This document shows positions 56,501 to 64,000 of a stretch of DNA of 64,000 nucleotides, in pieces (position 1 is the stretch's first letter; every line of letters starts with the position of its first letter). The DNA comes from the human T2T-CHM13v2.0 reference genome, Homo sapiens. Below the pieces are notes generated by a model. That model had not been told where the DNA came from and did no database searches. It saw nothing but the letters and a program-made list of their open reading frames with translations. The translations under genes were made by a program, and so were the position numbers. The stretch lies in the NCBI RefSeq assembly GCF_009914755.1, contig NC_060925.1. One strand, given 5' to 3'.

Positions 56501-59500
56501 TGGAATCGTCATAGAATGGAATCGAATGGATTCATTGAATGGAATCAGATGGAATCATCGAATGGACTGGAATGGAATCATTGAATGGACTCGAAAGGGA
56601 TCATGATTGAATGGAATTGAATGGAATCATCGAATGGTCTCGATTGGAATCATTATCAAATGGAATCGAATGGAATCACCGAATAGAATCGAATGGAACA
56701 ATCATCGAATGGACTCAAATGGAATTATCCTCAAATGGAATCGAATGGAATTATCGAATGCAATCGAATGGAATTATCGAATGCAATCGAATAGAATCAT
56801 CGAATGGACTCGAATGGAATCATCGAATGGAATGGAATGGAACAGTCAATGAACTCGAATGGAATCATCATTGAATGGAATCGAATGGAATCATCGAGTG
56901 GAACCGAATGGAATTATGATCAAATGGAATCGAATGTAATCATCATCAAATGGAATCAAAAATAACCATCATCAATTGGTATTGAATGGAATTCTCATCA
57001 AATGGAATTCAAAGGAATCATCATCAAATGGAACCGAATGGAATCCTCATTGAATGGAAATGAAAGGAGTCATCATCTAATGGAATCGCAAGGAATCATC
57101 ATAAAATGGAATCGAATGGAATCAACATCAAATGGAATCAAATGGAATCATTGAACGGAATTGAATGGAATCGTCATCGAATGAATTGACTACAATCACC
57201 GAATGGTCTCGAATGGAATCATCTTCAAATGGAATGGAATGGAATCATCGCATAGAATCGAATGGAATTATCATCGAATGGAATCGAATGGTATCAACAT
57301 CAAACGGAAAAAAACGGAATTATCGAATCGAATCGAAGAGAATCTTCGAACGGACCCGAATGGAATCGTCTAATGGAATGGAATGGAATAATCCATGGAC
57401 TCGAATGCAATCATCATCGAATGGAATCGAATGGAATCATCGAATGGACTTGAATGGAATAATCATTGAACGGAATCGAATGGAATCATCATCGGATGGA
57501 AACGAATGGAATCATCATCGAATGGAATCGAATAGAATTATGGAATGAAATCCAGTGTGATCATCATCGAATGGACCCGAATGGAATCATCATCCAACGG
57601 AAGCTAATGGAATCAACATCGAATGAATCGAATGGAAACACCATCGAATTGAAACGAATGGAAGTACCAAGAAAATGAAATGGATGGACTCATCATCGAA
57701 TGGATTCGAATGGAATCATCGAATAAAATTGATTGAAATCATCATCCAATGGAATCGAATGGTATCATTGAATGGAATCGAATGGAATCATAATCAGATG
57801 GAAATGAATGGAATCGTCATAGAATGGAATCGAATGGATTCATTGAATGGAATCAGATGGAATCATTGAATGGACTGGAATGGAATCATTGAATGGACAC
57901 GAAAGGGATCATTATTGAATGGAATTGAATGGAATCATCGAATGGTCTCGATTGGAATCATTATCAAAAGGAATCGAATGGAATCACCGAATAGAATCGA
58001 ATGGAACAATCATCGAATGGACTCAAATGGAATTATCCTCCAATGGAATGGAATGGAATTATCGAATGCAATCGAATGGAATTATCGAATGCAATCGAAT
58101 AGAATCATCGAATGGACTCGAATGGAATCATCGAATGGAATGGAATGGAACAGTCAATGAACTCGAATGGAATCATCATTGAATGGAATCGAATGGAATC
58201 ATCGAGTGGAATCGAATGGAATTATGATCAAATGGAATCGAATGTAATCATCATCAAATGGAATCAAAAATAACCATCATCAATTGGTATTGAATGGAAT
58301 TGTCATCAAATGGAATTCAAAGGAATCATCATCAAATGGAACCGAATGGAATCCTCATTGAATGGAAATGAAAGGGGTCATCATCTAATGGAATCGCATG
58401 GAATCATCATCAAATGGAATCGAATGGAATCATCATCAAATGGAATCTAATGGAATCATTGAAAAGAATTGAATGGAATCGTCATCGAATGAATTGAATG
58501 CAATCATCGAATGGTCTCGAATGGAATCATCTTCTAATGGAAAGGAATGGAATCATCGCATAGAATCGAATGGAATTATCATCGAATGGAATCGAATGGA
58601 ATCAACATCAAACGGAAAAAAACGGAATTATCGAATGGAATCGAAGAGAATCATCGAATGGACCCGAATGGAATCATCTAATGGAATGGCATGGAATAAT
58701 CCATGGACTCGAATGCAATCATCATCGAATGGAATCGAATGGAATCATCGAATGGACCCGAATGGAATAATCATTGAACGGAATCGAATGGAATCATCAT
58801 CGGATGGAAACGAATGGAATCATCATCGAATGGAAATGAAAGGAGTCATCATCTAATGCAATTGCATGGAATCATCATCAAATGGAATCGAATGGAATCA
58901 ACATCAAATGGAATCAAATGGAATCATTGAACGGAATTGAATGGAATCGTCATCGAATGAATTGAATGCAATCATCGAATGGTCTCGAATACAATCATCT
59001 TCAAATGGAATGGAATGGAATCATCGCATAGAATCGAATGGAATTATCATCGAATGGAATCGAACGGTATCAACATGAAACGGAAAAAAACGGAATTATC
59101 GAATGGAATCGAAGAGAATCCTCGAACGGACCCGAATGGAATCATCAAATGGAATGGAATGGAATAATCCATGGAGTCGAATGCAATCATCATCGAATGG
59201 AATCGAATGGAATCATCGAATGGACTCGAATGGAATAATCATTGAAGGGAATCGAATGGAATAATCTTCGGATGGAAACGAATGGAATCATCATCGAATG
59301 GAAATGAAAGGAGTCATCATCTAATGGAATTGCATGGAATCATCATAAAATGGAATCGAATGGAATCAACATCAAATGGAATCAAATGGAATCATTGAAC
59401 GGAATTGAATGGAATCGTCATCGAATGAATTGACTGCAATCATCGAATGGTCTCGAATGGAATCATCTTCAAATGGAATGGAATGGAATCATCGCATAGA

Positions 59501-61930
59501 ATCGAATGGAATTATCATCGAATGGAATCGAATGGAATCAACATCAAACGGAAAAAAACGGAATTATCGAATGGAATCGAAGAGAATCATCGAATGGACC
59601 CGAATGGAATCATCTAATGGAATGGAATGGAATAATCCATGGACTCGAATGCAATCATCATCGAATGGAATCGAATGGAATCATCGAATGGACTCGAATG
59701 GAATAATCATTGAACGGAATCGAATGGAATCATCATCGGATGGAAATGAATGGAATCATCATCGAATGGAATCGAATAGAATTATGGAATGAAATCCAGT
59801 GTGATCATCATCGAATGGACCCGAATGGAATCATCATCCAACGGAAGCTAATGGAATCAACATCGAATGAATCGAATGGAAACACCATCGAATTGAAACG
59901 AATGGAATTATCATGAAATTGAAATGGATGGACTCATCATCGAATGGATTCGAATGGAATCATCGAATAAAATTGATTGAAATCATCATCGAATGGAATC
60001 GAATGGTATCATTGAATGGAATCGAATGGAATCATCATCAGATGGAAATGAATGGAATTGTCATAGAATGGAATCGAATGGATTCATTGAATGGAATCAG
60101 ATGGAATCATCGAATGGACTGGAATGGAATCATTGAATGGACTCGAAAGGGATCATGATTGAATGGAATTGAATGGAATCATCGAATGGTCTCGATTGGA
60201 ATCATTATCAAATGGAATCGAATGGAATCACCGAATAGAATCGAATGGAACAATCATCGAATGGACTCAAATGGAATTATCCTCCAATGGAATCGAATGG
60301 AATTATCGAATGCAATCGAATGGAATTATCGAATGCAATCGAATAGAATCATCGAAAGGACTCGAATGGAATCATCGAATGGAATGGAATGGAACAGTCA
60401 ATGAACTCGAATGGAATCATCATTGAATGGAATCCAATGGAATCATCGAGTGGAATCGAATGGAATTATGATCAAATGGAATCGAATGTAATCATCATCA
60501 AATGGAATCAAAAATAACCATCATCAATTGGTATTGAATGGAATTGTCATCAAATGGAATTCAAAGGAATCATCATCAAATGGAACCGAATGGAATCCTC
60601 ATTGAATGGAAATGAAAGGGGTCATCATCTAATGGAATCGCATGGAATCATCATCAAATGGAATCGAATGGAATCATCATCAAATGGAATCTAATGGAAT
60701 CATTGAACAGAATTGAATGGAATCGTCATCGAATGAATTGAATGCAATCATCGAATGGTCTCGAATGGAATCATCTTCTAATGGAAAGGAATGGAATCAT
60801 CGCGTAGAATCGAATGGAATTATCATCGAATGGAATCGAATGGTATCAACACCAAACGGAAAAAAACGGAATTATCGAATGGAATCGAAGAGAATCTTCG
60901 AACGGACCCGAATGGAATCATCTAATGGAATGGAATGGAATAATCCATGGACTCGAATGCAATCATCATCGAATGGAATCGAATGGAGTCATCGAATGGA
61001 CTCGAATGGAATAATCATTGAACGGAATCGAATGGAATCATCATCGGATGGAAACGAATGGAATCATCATCGAATGGAAATGAAAGGAGTCATCATCTAA
61101 TGGAATTGCATGGAATCATCATAAAATGGAATCGAATGGAATCAACATCAAATGGAATCAAATGGAATCATTGAACGGAATTGAATGGAATCGTCATCGA
61201 ATGAATTGACTGCAATCATCGAATGGTCTCGAATGGAATCATCTTCAAATGGAATGGAATGGAATCATCGCATAGAATCGAATGGAATTATCATCGAATG
61301 GAATCGAATGGAATCAACATCAAACGGAAAAAAACAGAATTATCGTATGGAATCTAAGAGAATCATCGAATGGACCCGAATGGAATCATCTAATGGAATG
61401 GAATGGAATAATCCATGGACTCGAATGCAATCATCATCGAATGGAATCGAATGGAATCATCGAATGGACTCGAATGGAATAATAATTGAACGGAATCGAA
61501 TGGAATCATCATCGGATGGAAATGAATGGAATCATCATCGAATGGAATCGAATAGAATTATGGAATGAAATCCAGTGTGATCATCATCGAATGGACCCGA
61601 ATGGAATCATCATCCAACGGAAGCTAATGGAATCAACATCGAATGAATCGAATGGAAACACCATCGAATTGAAACGAATGGAATTATCATGAAATTGAAA
61701 TGGATGGACACATCATCGAATGGATTCGAATGGAATCATCGAATAAAATTGATTGAAATCATCATCAAATGGAATCGAATGGTATCATTGAATGGAATCG
61801 AATGGAATCATCATCAGATGGAAATGAATGGAATCGTCATAGAATGGAATCGAATGGATTCATTGAATGGAATCAGATGGAATCATCGAATGGACTGGAA
61901 TGGAATCATTGAATGGACTCGAAAGGGATC
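47560..61930 (+). repeat. Near-perfect tandem duplication, period 7104 bp (1776+1308+2244+1776); ends approximate
   Basis: Anchors 48285/55389, 50061/57165, 51369/58473 and 53613/60717. Dozens of private variants are shared, e.g. GGAAGTACCAAGAAAATG ~50556/57660, TCGAATACAATC ~51881/58985, CATCGCGTAG ~53694/60798. Confidence 0.93.
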
Positions 61931-62491
61931 ATTATTGAATGGAATTGAATGGAATCATCGAATGGTCTCGATTGGAATCATTATCAAATGGAATCGAATG
62001 GAATCACCGAATAGAATCGAATGGAACAATCATCGAATGGACTCAAATGGAATTATCCTCAAATGGAATCGAATGGAATTATCGAATGCAATCGAATGGA
62101 ATTATCGAATGCAATCGAATAGAATCATCGAATGGACTCGAATGGAATCATCGAATGGAATGGAATGGAACAGTCAATGAACTCGAATGGAATCATCACT
62201 GAATGGAATCGAAAGGAATCATCGAGTGGAATCGAATGGAATTATGATCAAATGGAATCGAATGTAATCATCATCAAATGGAATCAAAAATAACCATCAT
62301 CAATTGGTATTGAATGGAATTGTCATCAAATGGAATTCAATGAATCATCATCAAATGGAACCGAATGGAATCCTCATTGAATGGAAATGAAAGGGGTCAT
62401 CATCTAATGGAATCGCATGGAATCATCATCAAATGGAATCGAATGGAATCATCATCAAATGGAATCTAATGGAATCATTGAACAGAATTGA

Positions 62492-63799
62492 ATGGAATCG
62501 TCATCGAATGAATTGAATGCAATCATCGAATGGTCTCGAATGGAATCATCTTCTAATGGAAAGGAATGGAATCATCGCATAGAATCGAATGGAATTATCA
62601 TCGAATGGAATCGAATGGTATCAACACCAAACGGAAAAAAACGGAATTATCGAATGGAATCGAAGAGAATCTTCGAACGGACCCGAATGGAATCATCTAA
62701 TGGAATGGAATGGAATAATCCATGGACTCGAATGCAATCATCATCGAATGGAATCGAATGGAATCATCGAATGGACTCGAATGGAATAATCATTGAACGG
62801 AATAGAATGGAATCATCATCGGATGGAAATGAATGGAATCATCATCGAATGGAATCGAATAGAATTATGGAATGAAATCCAGTGTGATCATCATCGAATG
62901 GACCCCAATGGAATCATCATCCAACGGAAGCTAATGGAATCAACATCGAATGAATCTAATGGAAACACCATTGAATTGAAACGAATGGAATTATCATGAA
63001 ATTGAAATGGATGGACTCATCATCGAATGGATTCGAATGGAATCATCGAATAAAATTGATTGAAATCATCATCGAATGGAATCGAATGGTATCATTGAAT
63101 GGAATCGAATGGAATCATCATCAGATGGAAATGAATGGAATCGTCATAGAATGGAATCGAATGGATTCATTGAATGAAATCAGATGGAATCATCGAATGG
63201 ACTGGAATGGAATCATTGAATGGACTCGAAAGGGATCATTATTGAATGGAATTGAATGGAATCATCGAATGGTCTCGATTGGAATCATTATCAAATGGAA
63301 TCGAATGGAATCACCGAATAGAATCGAATGGAACAATCATCGAATGGACTCAAATGGAATTATCCTGCAATGGAATCGAATGGAATTATCGAATGCAATC
63401 GAATGGAATTATCGAATGCAATCTAATAGAATCATCGAATGGACTCGAATGGAATCATCGAATGGAATGGAATGGAACAGTCAATGAACTCGAATGGAAT
63501 CATCATTGAATGGAATCGAATGGAATCATCGAGTGGAATCGAATGGAATTATGATCAAATGGAATCGAATGTAATCATCATCAAATGGAGTCAAAAATAA
63601 CCATCATCAATTGGTATTGAATGGAATTGTCATCAAATGGAATTCAAAGGAATCATCATCAAATGGAACCGAATGGAATCCTCATTGAATGGAAATGAAA
63701 GGGGTCATCATCTAATGGAATCGCATGGAATCATCATCAAATGGAATCGAATGGAATCATCATCAAATGGAATCTAATGGAATCATTGAACAGAATTGA
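62492..63799 (+). repeat. 1308 bp unit (A/B hybrid)
   Basis: Spacing 62492->63800. A markers are followed directly by the B end and the tail. Confidence 0.9.
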
Positions 63800-64000
63800 A
63801 TGGAATCGTCATCGAATGAATTGAATGCAATCATCGAATGGTCTCGAATGGAATCATCTTCTAATGGAAAGGAATGGAATCATCGCATAAAATCGAATGG
63901 AATTATCATCGAATGGAATCGAATGGTATCAACACCAAACGGAAGAAAACGGAATTATCGAATGGAATCGAAGAGAATCTTCGAACGGACCCGAATGGAA

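Larger units (their letters stand above)
1..64000 (+). repeat. Satellite II (HSat2/HSATII) array, GGAAT strand on +, 1.77 kb-unit type (probably human 1q12)
   Basis: Continuous degenerate GGAAT pentamers interleaved with ATC triplets and dense TCGA, the HSat2 signature (HSat3 has long pure GGAAT runs, here at most about 3 copies). Anchor spacing is 1776 bp (494, 2270, 4046, 5822, 7598...). One GAATTC per unit (334, 2110...). The family call is strong and the chromosome assignment is inference. Confidence 0.97.

Noticed and set aside
62330-62350. 1 bp-shorter variant GGAATTCAATGAATC giving a 1775 bp unit
   Set aside because: It is an isolated small indel/substitution that could be a sequencing error and has no evident significance.
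494-63509. Hundreds of short + strand ORFs (MESSSN..., NGIEWN...)
   Set aside because: They are translations of the GAATGGAATC repeat, which supplies frequent ATGs. They overlap in all frames, have low complexity, recur with the repeat period and are broken at random by SNVs. There is no evidence of coding function.
1-64000. CRISPR-like repeat/spacer array or diversity-generating cassette system
   Set aside because: There are no unique spacers and no cas, reverse transcriptase or recombinase genes. The segments between motifs are themselves repeated every unit.
1-64000. Alpha satellite/CENP-B boxes, HSat3, telomeric repeat or G-quadruplex
   Set aside because: I saw no 171 bp period, no long pure (GGAAT)n runs, no TTAGGG arrays and no clustered GGG tracts.

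Overview
The whole 64 kb is one uninterrupted, single-orientation satellite array built from diverged GGAAT/CATTC pentamers, with the recurrent motif CATCATCGAATGGAATCGAATGG. This matches human/primate Satellite II (HSat2/HSATII). The dominant unit is 1776 bp and carries one EcoRI site, which fits the classical 1.77 kb EcoRI repeat of human 1q12 heterochromatin (chromosome assignment is recalled knowledge, not searched). Each unit is a 468 bp subunit A, a near-identical subunit B and an ~840 bp tail. Using the conserved anchor ATGGAATCGTCATCGAATGAAT I count 38 complete unit intervals between 494 and 63800: 21x1776, 2x1774, 1x1775, 5x1308, 3x1063, 2x2244, and one each of 595, 1285, 2199 and 2391 bp. 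All lengths decompose into a few recurrent events (+/-468, -713, +147, -192, -23, -2, -1). Shared SNVs reveal nested duplications: a 3552 bp dimer, a near-perfect 7104 bp tandem duplication and an older ~18-24 kb offset duplication, plus small islands of divergent satellite sequence. I found no genes, RNA genes, transposons or CRISPR arrays. The ORF track is a by-product of the repeat, and I see no support for a new protein-coding system. The interest lies in the array's architecture and recombination history. All comparisons were made by eye.
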